Positions 38,261 to 51,531 of a DNA stretch of 64,000 bases are shown here, one piece after another. Source of the DNA: Callorhinchus milii. Lineage: Eukaryota. The notes beneath the pieces are model-generated. The model was not told the DNA's origin. It did not search any database and worked only from the letters and a program-made list of their open reading frames with translations. Numbering within the stretch: position 1 is the stretch's first letter; the number at the start of each line of letters is the position of its first letter. The stretch is taken from the NCBI RefSeq assembly GCF_018977255.1, contig NW_024704743.1:89096001-89160000 (forward strand), in the 5' to 3' direction. Both the position numbers and the translations under genes were made by a program.

Positions 38261-41036
38261 ATATCCTCATAAATAATCTGTAACCAATGGAATTTAAATC
38301 TGCAGACATGTTCCAATATATTATATTTGTTTCTTTAATCTTGTGGCCATTATCATTTTGTTAAAATACAGTAATGTTAACCTGTGGTATTTATTGGTCT
38401 GCATTCAAAATGTGGTATGTTATTGTGTGTTCAATAACAATTATAAAGCAACAAATTGCAGTACAATAGTTTTGTTCAAAGCACAGACCTGCAAAACAAC
38501 AGTGGTGAATCAGGGAAAGCGCTAGGCTTAGATCCCTGACAAATTTATTGGTTAATCAATGAGTCTATTAATTTAGAAAGTTTTGGTAATTACATCTGCC
38601 TCTTCTCATCCATTGATTTCCATTAAAATCTCATAGGAAAGAAAGTAGACTGAACTCAGTCATAAACCAACCACTTTGCCCATACTTCTGGTACAAACCC
38701 TTATTGATAGCATATCTTCGTTGGTGTTTCTGTGCAAAAAAATAAATAATTGATGCTGCGTTTGTCTACAAAAGACATAGTACACTTTACAAAAAAAACT
38801 TGTACGCTTTGAGTCATCCTCCCGCTGTGAAAGGGGTTATATCAAATGTAAGGATTATTATAATTATAACAATTGCAGACTATGTAACTGCAGTTTAGAA
38901 TATCAAGATGTAATTAATAATAATGTATTTCATTTATTTCTCCAGCCTAGATTTGTCTTTGTATTGTTGTGAACCAGACGTCTAACTTAACCTAGGAAGA
39001 ATAAAAGCTCTGACACAGTGTACTGATAGGAAAATCAGTTTGTACTACAACAACAACAACAAGATTCCATTTATAAAGCGCCTTTCACATCAGGAGGACA
39101 TCCCAATGAATACCCCTGTGAATGAATACTACCCCTGTGAATCAATTTAAAATATCTTCCGGTCACTTGTTCAACCACAGACCCTTTTAACTAATATCTT
39201 ATCTATCTTTCAAGCATAAAAAATTTTAAAGCTTGACGCATTTGTCGCTATTACTTATAAAATCCATTCATTTTCTTTATGCAGTGAAGCATACAGTTTT
39301 GCTGAAGAAGTGTGACCTATAAGAACTGGTAGTATGAACCAGAACGTGTACAATGATGTGCTTGTTTGCTACTGTAAGAAAATTAACATACTCTATCTTG
39401 TCTTCCAATGCAGAGTGTCCAAGCTGGTTGTAGAAGCAGCAGGGTAAATGGTCCCTCAGTGCCAAACACAGGAACCTCGGGACACATATTGAATTTGTAA
39501 GTGGAATCCATAATTGGTAGTTTTATGCACTTTCGGTGGAAGGAGCATATATGATGAATTGAATGAGCTTTCATTGTTTCAGACCTTCATTTATTTCATA
39601 TTTTATCTATCCTCATCACTTTTATGGTAGTTTGTCTTGTGAAATATCTTGGGAGCAGGGAATCTTCCCTCTCAGGTCCTGATTTTACTGCAAGCCAAAG
39701 CCCTAATCACTAGGGTGTCCTCGCTGATCAGAAGCAAGAAGCTTTCTGGACAGTGCTCTTGATGGCAAACTATGTGGTTTTAGCTGAGCAAACTTCAGTG
39801 GTACCCAATACATACTCTGAGATCGCCAAGCTTTGGCTCTTGCCTGCCTGTGCCTAATAATACCTGGAAATAGGTAAGCAGGAATGCATCGTTCTGAGGA
39901 GAGAGAGCACATTCCATTCCAGATACAGGGACATTTCTACGAATAGGTGGCATTCATATATGAAACTTTTAGTCTGGTTTGAATAATCTTATATATGGTG
40001 ATAGGTTTCCGAACGCTTTTAGTTAAGAAAAGCGCTTATATTCAGATACCTGCCATGTGAATTAATTAATGCAACCTTTTTACACCTTATGCATGGTGAT
40101 AATAGTGGGTTATTTAACAGTGGTATGGTTATTTCAGAGTGTTCTAAAATTGACTGAATACAGTACAACATTAGGGTTGCAAATAATATGACCATTTAAC
40201 TTACCACATATATGTCCAAGGACATAATGCATAGTGTTCAAGGAATGAATGATTAAGCAACATCTGTTGAAGAAAATACCTCCATAGTTGCAGCAGAGAA
40301 TCAGGAGTTACCAGTGTCACAGTAGCAGAAGTGGCATGTTCACTTCATTGTTCATTTGAAGTGGCATGTGCCTGTCTTAAATCCAGGTTAATATTTATTG
40401 AAGATAAGTGCTACATTTTTGATCTGTGTCATTGATTGATAGCATATATATTCGGGACCCATTTAAATGTATTTAATGTGTATCCTGGGAGCTGTTTGTG
40501 CGCGGTGCACAGGAACGGCACCAGAGTAGCTGCAACAAGACAACAATTGTTTATGGAGTAGCTACATACCAACATTGAAATGTGCTTTAAATTGAACCGC
40601 GTGTGAGGAAAATGGCTAATTGAAGCACATCTACGCAGTGCAGGATTTAATGAGCTGAGTCTCCTAAAGGCGACTGAGTGCTGATTACAATCAAGATCCA
40701 GACCTCTTGTAAAAGGGAAAACACAGATCAGCTTAAATCATTCACAATTGAATATTAAAGTAACAATTTTCCTCCAGGAGGCAAATTGTTTGTATGCCAA
40801 TCACATCATGGATGAAGAGATGCAGGACTTGGCTGATATGAGAAATGTGAAATTGGCAGAGGCCCCACTTTAGTTGACCGTGGAATGGCATTGTCCAAAA
40901 CTGTAGAGCTCTTCAGTGAAATTTGAGACATGGACCTCAAGATGATATGAATGGGAAAAGAATGAGGATAAAATACATAAATATTCACTGTATAAAGTAT
41001 GTATTAAAATATAAAGGTAAGTCTAGACTGGAACTC

Positions 41037-41335
41037 CAACAACAACAAGAAAATTACATTTCTAAAGCACCTTTCACATTGACACCATTGGCGGGAAAGC
41101 CTTCAGCCACTCTGCTGCCAACCTCTGGAATTGCATCCCCCAGTCACTCAGCCTCGCCCCGGCCTTAGCCTCCTTCAAGTCCTGCTTCAAGACCATTGGC
41201 CATCCCACTTCCGCTCTCCTCCTTTCTCCCTCCCTGACCCCAGCTCGGGTCTGAAATGCTGTACACTGTTCAGTGCTTTGGGACGTCCTCCCGACGTGAA
41301 AGGTGCTATACAAGTGTAATCTTGTTGTTGTTGTT
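41037..41335. mobile_element. Minus-strand L2 tail joined to a plus-strand L2 3' fragment
   Basis: caacaacaag...gcacctttcac at the left end; gtgaaaggtgctatacaagtgtaatc(ttg)n at the right end. Confidence 0.8.
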
Positions 41336-41507
41336 GGCAGGACATCACAGGGCACTGAACAGCATTTCTCCAATGCATTGGTGGGGTGTACTGTATTATT
41401 GGAGGCTCCATCTTTTGGAAGAGATGTAAAATTAAGATCCCATCTGCCTGTTCAGGTCGATGTTAAAGATTCTATGGCACCACTTGAAAAAAAATTAAAA
41501 TATAAAG

Positions 41508-43793
41508 GTTTTGTGGAATGAAATAGGGCTAATCAGCAATCTGGAAGTGAAAGCTTCTATAATAATAATAATAATCCTTGCATTTGATACAGCAAGGGTC
41601 TTAAATTTAAATAGAGCCAACTTTGCAGACATGAGTGAGGATTTAGCTAAAATAGACTGGGGAATTAGATTAAAGGATATGACAGTAGACCAGCAATGGC
41701 AAACCTTTAAAGATATAGTGCATAATTCCCAGGGATCACATATTCCCTTGAGGAATAAAAATACCATGGGAAAGGTAGTTCAACCATGGCTAACTAGAGC
41801 AGTTAGGGAAAGTATAAAATTAAAATAAGAGACCTATGATACTGCAAAAAGAGCAGTAAACCTGAGGATTGGGAGGACTTCAGAGACCAACAAAGAAAGA
41901 CTAAGAAACTGATTAGGAGAGAGAAAATGGATTATGAGGACAAACTAGCTAGGAACATAAAGACAGACTGGAAGAGTTTTTACAAATACATAAAGAGGAA
42001 GAGACTAGCAAAAGTGAATGTGGGTCCATTACAGGCAGAGACAGGAGGAATTATAATGGGGGATAAAGATATGGCACAGTCATTAAACAAATACTTTGCT
42101 TCTGTCTTCACGTTAGAAGACACAGAAAACTTACCAAAAATAGAGGGGAACCAAGAAGCTAATGTTAGTGAGCAACTTAGGGAAATTAACATCAGTAAAG
42201 AATTAGTACTAGGGAAACTGTTGGGATTGAAAAATGATAAATCCCCTGGACCTGATGGCCTGCATCTTAGGGTTTTAAAAGAGGCAGCTGCTGAGATAGC
42301 GGATGCCTAGTTTTTAATCTTCCCATTGATTGGAAGATCGCAAACGTAACACTACTATTTAAGAAGGGTGGGAGAGAGAAGATGGGGAACTATAGACCAG
42401 TCCAGTCTGACATCGGTGGTAAGGAAAATTCTAGAATCCTTAATTAGGGACGTCGTAGTGGGGTACTTAGAAGACCATAACATGATTAGGCAGAGTCAAC
42501 ATGGCTTTACAAAAGGGAAATCATGTTTAACAAATCTTTTAGAATTTTTTGAGGATGTAACGAGCAGGTTAGATAGGGGGAATCAGTAGATGTAGTGTAT
42601 TTAGATTTTCAGAAGGCATTCGACAAGGTGCCACAAAAAAGGCTGCCACACAAGATTAGGGCACATGGAATTAAAGGCAATATATTAGCATGGATCAAAG
42701 AGTGACTAACGGGAAGAAACCAGAGATTTGGGATAAACGGGTCCTTCTCAAATTGGCAAGATGTGACTAGTGGAGTGCCACAAGGATCAGTGCTTGATCC
42801 TCAACTATTTACAATCTAAATCAATGATCTAGACGAGGACATAGAACTTAAAATATCTAAATTCGCGGATGATACTAAGCTAGGTGGGAGAGTAAGCTCT
42901 GAGGATGACACAAAAAGAATGCAAAGGGATATAGATAGGCTAGGTGATTGGGCAAGAAGGTGGCAGATGGCATATAATGTGAGGAAGTGTGAAGTTATTC
43001 ACCTAGGTAGTAAAAACAGAAAAGCAGATTATTTTCTACAGAGGGAGAGACTAGATAGTGTTAGTGTTCAGAGGGATTTGAATGTCTTTGTACACCAGTC
43101 ACAAAAAGTTAGTATGCAGGTACAGCAAGCAACTAGGAAGGCTCATGGCATGTTGGCATTTATTGCAAAAGGGTTAGAATACAAGAGTAGGGAAGTCTTG
43201 CTGCAACAGTATCGGGCCTTGGTGAGCCCGCACCTAGAATATTGTAAGCAGTTTTGGTCTCCTTATTTAAGAAAGGACATACTCGCCTTAGAGGGGGTGC
43301 AGCGTAGATTCACTAGGTTGGATCCTGGGATGAGAGGTTTGACCTCTGAGGAGAGGTTGAGTAAACTAGGCCTATATTCTCTAGAATATAGAAGAATTAA
43401 GGGTGATCTTATAGAAACATATACGATTCTTATGGGGCAGAGTAGACTGTGTGAGACTGTTTCCCCTGGTAGGAGAATCTATAACTAGGGATCACAGTCT
43501 TAAGATTAAGGGTCAGTCTTTTCAAACAGAGTTGAGCAAACATTTCTTCACTCAGAGAATAGTGAACTTATGGAATTCTCTAGCCCAGAAGGCTGTAGAT
43601 GCTCAGTCCTTGAACATATTCAATACTGAGATTGATAGATTTCTAAAGGATAGAGTAATTAAGGGATATGGGGATAAGGAGGGCAGATGGAGTTAAGTTA
43701 GAAGATCAGCCATGATCTTATTGAATGGCGGGGCAGGCTCGAGTGGCCTGATGGCCTACTCCTGCTCCTAATTCCTATGTTCCTATGTTCCTA
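41508..43793 (+). mobile_element. CR1 LINE, 5'-truncated, most of ORF2 to the 3' tail
   Basis: [75 protein letters not shown]; ends with (ttcctatg)n repeats; stops and frameshifts throughout. Confidence 0.97.
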
Positions 43794-45293
43794 AAAGGGA
43801 GTTTTTTTTCAGTGTCCTGGCTTACAATCCCCCCAGATAAAATTGGTCATTCACTTAATGGCCAGTGAAGTGCTTTGAGATTTCCTCCTGATGTGAAAGG
43901 CTCTATGTCAAATGCAAGGATTATAAACGTAACTATTTCAGTAAAACTATTGAGTACATCATTACCTGTACTACCGTTGTCCATGTGCAGTGTTATGAAG
44001 ATAAGAACTATGTCCCCTCTCAGTGTCTATATGTTAAGAGAAATTCTACAAATCCAGAACAATGGGCTATAAATTCTAAACTAATAATCAAAATGTTGGA
44101 AATCCATTATGATTAAGCTCAAATGTTTGCTCTATGATTTCCTTGTCTGTACTGTGATTAGAGAGCCATTTCCAACTTGTCTGTTATGGTCAGTTCATAG
44201 CACGATCACCTCTGGGAGTTCAAACCCCCAGCATGTTACTTGAGCTATATCTAGATTACCACTCCAATGATCAATGAGATAAAATGTTAATGAAGGTATT
44301 GTCTACAGTGTTTCTGTGGTTCTGGAGGTTGTTAAAGATCCTACTCCAACTTTTCAAATAAAAAAGAGAATTCTGGTGACCTTATGGTCAATATTCCATC
44401 ACCATCCAAAACACAAGATTCAATTTGGTGATCCATCTCACTGCTGTGTGTGTTGGCTACACTACACTGCAAAAAATAACAGTGTATAAAGCCCTTTGAA
44501 ATGTTTTCAAGTGATGAAGCACTGTTGGGTGAAAACTAAGCTTCACAACAGATTCACTCATGTTGAATCTATTTCAAACTTCGCAGTTTCATTCCCATAT
44601 CAAACACAGGTAGTGTAACTTCTATTTTACTTACATTCGCGTTCTGTACTGTCTATAAATATTGTAAACGTTACAAGTTGTCTTAAGTCTAAGAATCATG
44701 AGGCATGATTAAATCAATACAACTGTCTTCCTTTTACTTGCTTACTTGTGATCTGAAAGCCATTTGTTTCTATTTTTATTGAGATTTTTATTACTTTAAG
44801 AGTTGTGGCTGTATCAACCGGCTTCATTATCATGCTTAGCAGTGCAGTCTATTCAGACTGAAAGCATTGATTAAAGATTAAATGCAATTAAATAAATGGA
44901 GCTATAGTTGGCTATCTCTTGCAACATTTTCTTGGCAACAGCTGCGTTTGCAACACAGTCATTGCTTATTAGAATTTAAGTAGGGAGTCAATTTCAGAAA
45001 TATAAATGCAAGTCTTCTTTATGAGCAAAGAGGAAATCATGTAAATGTATTCATTTATTCGTTATTTTAAACTGTTGGGCACTGTATCAGTTCACTTAGA
45101 GTAGCAAGTGTGTCATGTATTACCCAGAATGTCGTTGAGTGATTCTTAAAATCTATCCAACACGGCTGTCATATGCCAGGGACATTCAAAACATTTTCAT
45201 AAAACATTTTTTTTTCTCTTTCACTTCATCTGTCAGTTGAATTCCATGAAATACTATACAGTGGAGGGGGAGTGGGGTGGGGGGATTCCACTT

Positions 45294-45489
45294 TGGGCAA
45301 GATTTACTCTATCCAGCATTTCAGAGTGTTCAGAGTTTGGCAAATTGTTGAATTCAGTCTTGACTTTGAAGCTGTTTTCCTGTAGTATCTTAAAATAACT
45401 TAAGGAAAGCCAGCTTCAAAATTTGAGCTGGAATTAAGAATTTGCAAAATTCTGGATGCTCTAAAATAAATAGAGTAAATCTAGACCCA
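45294..45489. mobile_element. Palindromic MITE-like element
   Basis: agatttactctat...atagagtaaatct ends; interior arms also reverse-complementary. Confidence 0.75.
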
Positions 45490-45837
45490 GGTTTTTAAAA
45501 TTATCTTTTTTGGCAATTTTTAGCATTTTTTGTTTTTGATTTCAATCAGGTGAGAATCATTTCAGTTTTATAATAATAATAATCCTTGCATTTGTTATAG
45601 AGGCTTTTACATCTAACTTCACAGGATATACTATAAAGTGAAGTGATTATGTATATTGTAAGGAAACGTAGCCAAGTATTTACATGCAGTAATGTCCCAC
45701 AAAACCAATTAAGTAAATGACCAGTTTTATTTGTTCCAAGGATAACAACAACAACAAAATTATATTTGTATAGCACCTTTCATGTCGGGAGGATGTCCCA
45801 AGGCGCAGATACCATGAGAAACTCTTGTCTTTGTGAA

Positions 45838-46308
45838 TATGATAATAATAATAATTCTTGCATTTGATATCCGGTTGCACCATAACATATTATTGAGATG
45901 CCTCAAAGTGCTTCACAGGATATACTGTAAAGTGTATCAATGGGGGAAAACAGGCAGCCAGTTTGCGTACAGCAATGAAGTGAACGACCAATTTTATTTG
46001 GCCAGAACACAAGGAGAAACTCCCTTCTGGTTTTGAACAGTGCCATGGGATGGCACGTCCTCCCGAAGTGAAAGGCGCTCTATTAATGTAATTTTGTTGT
46101 TGTTATTGATGGGATCTTTAACGACCATCTAAACAGACAGTCTTGGTTTAATGTTTCATCCAAAGGATTGCACTTCCGACAATGCAACATACACAGCACT
46201 GCATTGGAGTGTTAGCTTAGAAAATGTGATTCCAAGTCCCAACTTGGGGCTTGAACACGCAATTATCTTTCTAAGAGGAGAGATTGCTATCACTGAGCCA
46301 GGCTGACA
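45838..46308 (-). mobile_element. Older Deu-domain SINE with an L2 tail (46053-46108, plus) inserted
   Basis: Head cactgagccaggctgaca at the right end; atgggat occurs on both sides of the inserted tail. Confidence 0.75.
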
Positions 46309-46431
46309 CTTTTTATGAGATTTTTAATGAGGGGAGCACTTCATTGTAACACGTGCTATCCCTTGGTTGAAATGTCAAACCAAGATTTTGTATCTCTATT
46401 TAGGTGGACATTAAAGAACCCAGTGTTCCAG

Positions 46432-46515
46432 AAAGGAAACGCAAAATACTGCAGATGCTGGAAATCTGAAACAAAAACAGAAGTCACTGGGAACACTCAG
46501 GAGGTCAGGCAGCAC
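46432..46515 (-). mobile_element. Penelope-like terminal (pLTR) fragment
   Basis: Reverse complement matches 62435-62484 (gcctgacct..tgagtgttcccag.gacttctgtttttgtttcag) and extends it with atttccagcatctgcagtatttt. Confidence 0.8.
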
Positions 46516-46564
46516 GTTCAGATGATAACAGCTCACCTCCCCCCTTTCTACATTAGAATAAATT

Positions 46565-47055
46565 AGAATATACAGGACTGAAACAGGCCTTTCGACCCAA
46601 CTGGTCTTTGCCGGTGTTTATGCTCCACATGAGCCTCCTCCTGCCCTTCCTCAACTAAGCCTTCAAGCATAACCTTCTATTCCTTTGTCCCTCATGTACC
46701 TATCTAGCTTTCCCTTAAATACATTTATGCTATTTGCCTCAACAACTCCTTGTGGTAGCATTTTCCACATTCCCACTACTCTCTGTGTAAATAAATTTCT
46801 TCTAATTTCTCTCTTTGATCTACTGGTGACTATTTTATATTGATGGCCCCTGGTTTTGGTCTCCCCCATAAGTGGAAACATCTTCACTATGTCTAACTTA
46901 TCAAAACCTTTCATCATTTTAAAGACCTCTATTAGGTCACCCTTTACCCCCCTCTTTCAAGTGAAAAGAGTCCAAGCATGTTCAGCCTTTCCTGTTAGGT
47001 ATAACCTCTCAGTTCTGGGATCATCCTTGTGAATCTCCTTTGCACCCTCTTGCAC
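46565..47055 (-). mobile_element. CR1 3' fragment
   Basis: KMFPLMGETKTRGHQYKI...RNLFTQRVVGMW...FKGKLDRYM. Confidence 0.9.
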
Positions 47056-47569
47056 GTCATTTCCCAGATAGAAATTTGCCAGAGGTTTGAGGGCAATTGC
47101 TACACGCAAATTGACTGCTTGCATTTGCCAAAAAAATCCATAGTCACTACACGCTTTAAAGTAAATCTTGCAAAGTGCTTTGAGATGTTATTGTTTGTTA
47201 AATTTGCCCAAACAATATTTGGTGCTTTATAGCCTTAATGTAAAGTTCCTCTGATGCTCCTTATTGGGCTGCAGCCTAAACAAGCTCTCCTTTCAAGATT
47301 GAAACAAATAAAACAAATTGTACCGTTCAGTTGTCCAAGGAAACAAAATGTTGTGGTGGTTTCAAAATGTTTCTTGTGTTATTCAAGGAATACTCAATGA
47401 CTACTACAAGGTGACGGATCTTTCTTCAGGGTATGGTTTGTTCCCTTTCAGGTGCGAGCTCTGCTATTTCTTTGAGGTCATCACTTTTATTTTGTTAATT
47501 TTATACCTTCTGCAGAGGTGAAGCAAAAATCTATGCTCTCTTTGGCCAAAAATTGGCTTTTAATAAAAT

Positions 47570-48085
47570 AAACCTGAGGCCACTGTTCTGGAGAACTGCA
47601 TACAATTCTAGTCACCGCAATATAAGGATAGATTTTATGTTTTACATTTTATAACCAGGCTGCAGAAGCAGTGCAGAGGAGAGCAAGAAGAATGATCTCC
47701 AGTATTAGAAGAATGAGTAATAATTTGACAAATTAAACCTCTTTAGTCTTGAGGGAAGATGACTTAGAAGCAACCTTATAGAGATATAACAAATTTTAAA
47801 TGGGTTTGAAAAAGTAAACCCACATTAATACTTTAGGATGCCGCAAAATATTAGAACAAGAAGATATGAGTTAAGAGTTGTAAAGGAGAATTTCAGGACA
47901 GATGCCTGGAAGTTTTTCTTTACTCAGAAGGTAATCAACGACTGGAACATGTTATCAGGAAGAGTGGTTGAAACCAGGACAGTGGACTTATTTAAAAACT
48001 AGCTTGATGCTGTGATGGGAATTCTGGAGGGGTGAAATGAGATGGGCCGAATTACATTTTTCATCCAAACAAAACTTGTGATCTT
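47570..48085 (+). mobile_element. Old CR1 3' fragment
   Basis: RPLF.ENCIQF, EAVQRRARRMI, KFFFTQKVINDWN remnants. Confidence 0.8.
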
Positions 48086-48598
48086 GTCATCGTTTGGCTG
48101 GAATCAACAACACTCTGATCAAGAGGAGGGAGTTCTGCTGACTGAGCCAGGCAGACAAGCATGTTCCTCTCCAACTGAATGGATCATAATTCTATTCAAT
48201 TAGTATATCGTAACCATTTGTTAGTCTTTTCATACCCATGTGAATCACTGTCTTTGCAATATGATCAGGTTTCAAATTCTACTTCATACAAGTGGTTATG
48301 CAGATTTCTCAATACCTAATTAAGTTATGTAAATGAACAGACAATGTGAGTTGCTTCATTTCAGCTTTCACAGGCGATAAGTAATAACAATTTGCTCTTT
48401 GTTCATTTCCCATGCGTATTTCTGAGAACTTCATCTGTTAATGATAAGAGTCAGGTCTTAAAGCTGATTTAAAAATGATAGACATTGTGATTATTGGAGT
48501 AAAATAAATTGAAAATTTGCAGCACCTGGAAACAAAAGGATCTGCAGGCGGTATCATTAGATCATCCTCACTATTTTGTGACCTTAAAGCAGCTTTGA

Positions 48599-48815
48599 GG
48601 AAAAATTCCACCTAGATCTACATTTACTCTATTTTTGTAACATTTTAGAGTGTTCAGAATTTGACAAATTCTCAAAGTCAGAGCCTTAATTTTGAAGTCA
48701 GTTTTCTGTAAGTTATTTTACAAACTGCAGAAAACCAACTTCAAAGTTAAGATTGAATTGAACAATTTGCCAAACTGAATGTTCTAAAATACTTTGCAAA
48801 AACAGTGGAATTTCC
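48599..48815. mobile_element. Palindromic MITE-like element (same family as 45294-45489)
   Basis: ggaaaaattccac...gtggaatttcc ends; shares atttactctat and agagtgttcaga.ttt..caaatt with the 45.3 kb copy. Confidence 0.75.
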
Positions 48816-50394
48816 AACAACGATAACAACAGCAGGATACCTTATGTGGGTCAGTGGAGGTCAATTTCTCCCCAGCAATTTATTAAAACAGTAAATTAAT
48901 ATAAAATACAATTAACATTTACAAAGTAACTCCTTTTTGAAGGCTTCTATATCCGGATTACAGACGAGCGATGACACACACATGCACTCACACACACACA
49001 CACATGCTATTGCAATAAATCATATCTTTCTGCAAGGATGATTCTTTCTTCAGAGGTAAAATAAATAAAATCAAAGTGTTATAAAGATATTATAGGTGAA
49101 GTAAACAGATTTGATGAATGCTTCTAGTCTAGAATAATGATCTTGGAATTCTCCGCAATGCTGCGCATTTAAAAGTCACAAAACAAACATCAGACTGGAA
49201 ATTAATATAATATATAATAATCCTTGCATTTCAAATATTATTTCATCATTTTGTCAAGAAGTCTCAAAGGCCCATTACTGCAGAAATGAAATTGTGAAGA
49301 ATGCATCAGAAGTAAATATTTTACACAGTTATTTATGTTTTGTTTTTATTAATTGTTCAAGTTTAAGAATATCTGTAACTCACAAGACCACAATTGTTGT
49401 ATTCAAGGTAAAAATTTTCTTCAGCACTTTACCTTTGGCAATCTAACCTTTGATGGGATTTTGTTCAGTGCCTTCAGTGGAATTGTTCATTATAATCAAT
49501 CAACAACTTTGGTTTTGCCCGTAATCCTGTTCGGAATTTTTACTCATTTGTTCTTTATTTAAATTTTAAGGAAAAGGATTTAACATGTGTTTTGAAATAC
49601 CCCCAACATCTGAGAAATGGTAGGACCCAAATCAGCTGGAAAAATATGCATTTTGCCATCTTGCATTCCCGCTTACATTTTCAAACATCCAAAACAGCAT
49701 TTCTCAGTTAATCCAGGAGATACTGTTCTATCTCAATCAGATTTAGGGCAATATACCACGAATAATCCAGGAGAGGCATCTTTCTGAGCCAGCAAAATGA
49801 CAAGGAAAAAGGAGAGCAGAAGTAATCAGACGTCTGTCTCTCTAATTGCACTAAAAAAACTGTAATCCTAATTTCTCTGATTTATTCCAGACAGTACAGT
49901 ATAAACACATCATAAAAGATGATTCGGTGAAGCACAGAGTCAATTCCATCACTCCACGAAACAGTGAGTCAATTTCCTATCAACATAAAATCAGTGGTTC
50001 TTAGGTATGACAACATCCATCACATCTGCAACCTATTACAGTGTCCAAATGTCACAACTAATGATCATAATAATCCCACCTATCCAAGTTATTAAACTAT
50101 AATAATAAATAATAATAATCCTTGCATTTGATATAGCGCCATATCACATATCGAGACGTCTCAATGCGCATCACAGAATTCACTGTAAAGTGAATTCACT
50201 GCATATTTGTAGGCGAAACGTGTCAGCCAATTGTGCACAGCAGTGTCCCACAAACAGTCATGGATTAAGTGACAAAATTATTACTATTATACTTTTTTTT
50301 GATACTGGGAAATCCATTGCCATGAACAACAGTCTCCAAGCGAGACAGATACATGTATTTCACCTATACATGAAATCATGTCTGCAAATGTTTC

Positions 50395-50750
50395 GCTGGA
50401 GGGACGCACCCTGCTTATCTGATTCCAGAAAGTATTAGGTGCGGGAGGAGCGCAGAGTGTTTATTCGAGGTAACTGCTGGAGTCTAACCAGTTAAAACTG
50501 CAAAGCTTGCCATTAATATTGACTGGCAAGATTTCCCGCTGCTTGTCCAGCTTGGACCACCATACCCATTGGGGATTTGACTTGCAGGGTTAATGGGAGC
50601 TGAGTGGGAGGATTCCTTGGCCCCAGTAACTGGTTTGCCCTTTCAGATCCTGCCGATGAACCATGATGGGCTGTGCTGTCATCAGCAGTGCCATGGAGTG
50701 CTGTACACACACCTGGCTCAGGAACCGGACTACCGAGAAAACGCCAGTTA
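50395..50750. repeat. Unnamed dispersed repeat, longest copy
   Basis: Aligns by eye with 6830-7000, 18320-18375, 29830-30050, 39655-39910 and 56970-57210. Confidence 0.75.
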
Positions 50751-51203
50751 GAGATTAGTTATAAACAAATAACAATGTTTTCTAACACTGATGCTTTATG
50801 TCCTATCTCACTGTTCCACAGTTATGCTTTTGCTATGTGTACATCAGATAACACTGTGCCAAGTGATGGAAATTAACAAGTACCGTGGTGACAATGAATT
50901 TCAGATCTTCTTTCACTTGTGCACACAAACACCATAACTCACCCCTGACTGTGGTACACATGAATTATGGGCCTTTCGCACTCATGAAAAACACAAGTAA
51001 ATTACTGTCATTGGGAAGAGTCTCTCCATATATTATAATAACATGCACCATTAGCACTTTAGTTTTGGCTAAATCTGGATGTACTGTATGTCGATAATAT
51101 GCTAAATTAAATTTGTAAAGAATAAAAAATATAACAATTTAATTTTGTAAATCATGGCTCTGTCCTTGAATGGTTCAGATTGTACCTCTCACACAGCCTC
51201 CAG

Positions 51204-51527
51204 TTATAATAATAATATAATAATAATCCTTGCATTTGATATAGCGCTTTCTCGTTGGGAGGACGTCCCAAAGCGCTTCACAGAACATACTGCAAAGTGA
51301 ATTGACTGTATAGTTGTGGGCGAATGCGGCAGCCAATTGCGCACAGCAATGTCCCACAAACAGTCGTAGATTGAAAATGACCAATTTATTATTGTTTTTG
51401 GTTTTGGAGGGATTATTATTAGGCGTGTGGAGTAAGGAAACTTGTCCAAGGTTTCGCCCTGCCTGGAATTGAACCCAGGTGTCTCACCTGCAAAGCGAGT
51501 GCTCTAACCACTGAGCTACAGGACTCC
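51204..51527 (-). mobile_element. tRNA-derived SINE (young family), full length
   Basis: A box, B box, Deu-like core and (taa)n all present. Confidence 0.95.
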
Positions 51528-51531
51528 ACAG

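Noticed and set aside
47388..47430. Plus-strand mini-exon GILNDYYKVTDLSSG
   Set aside because: Too short, with alternative donors and no supporting neighbours
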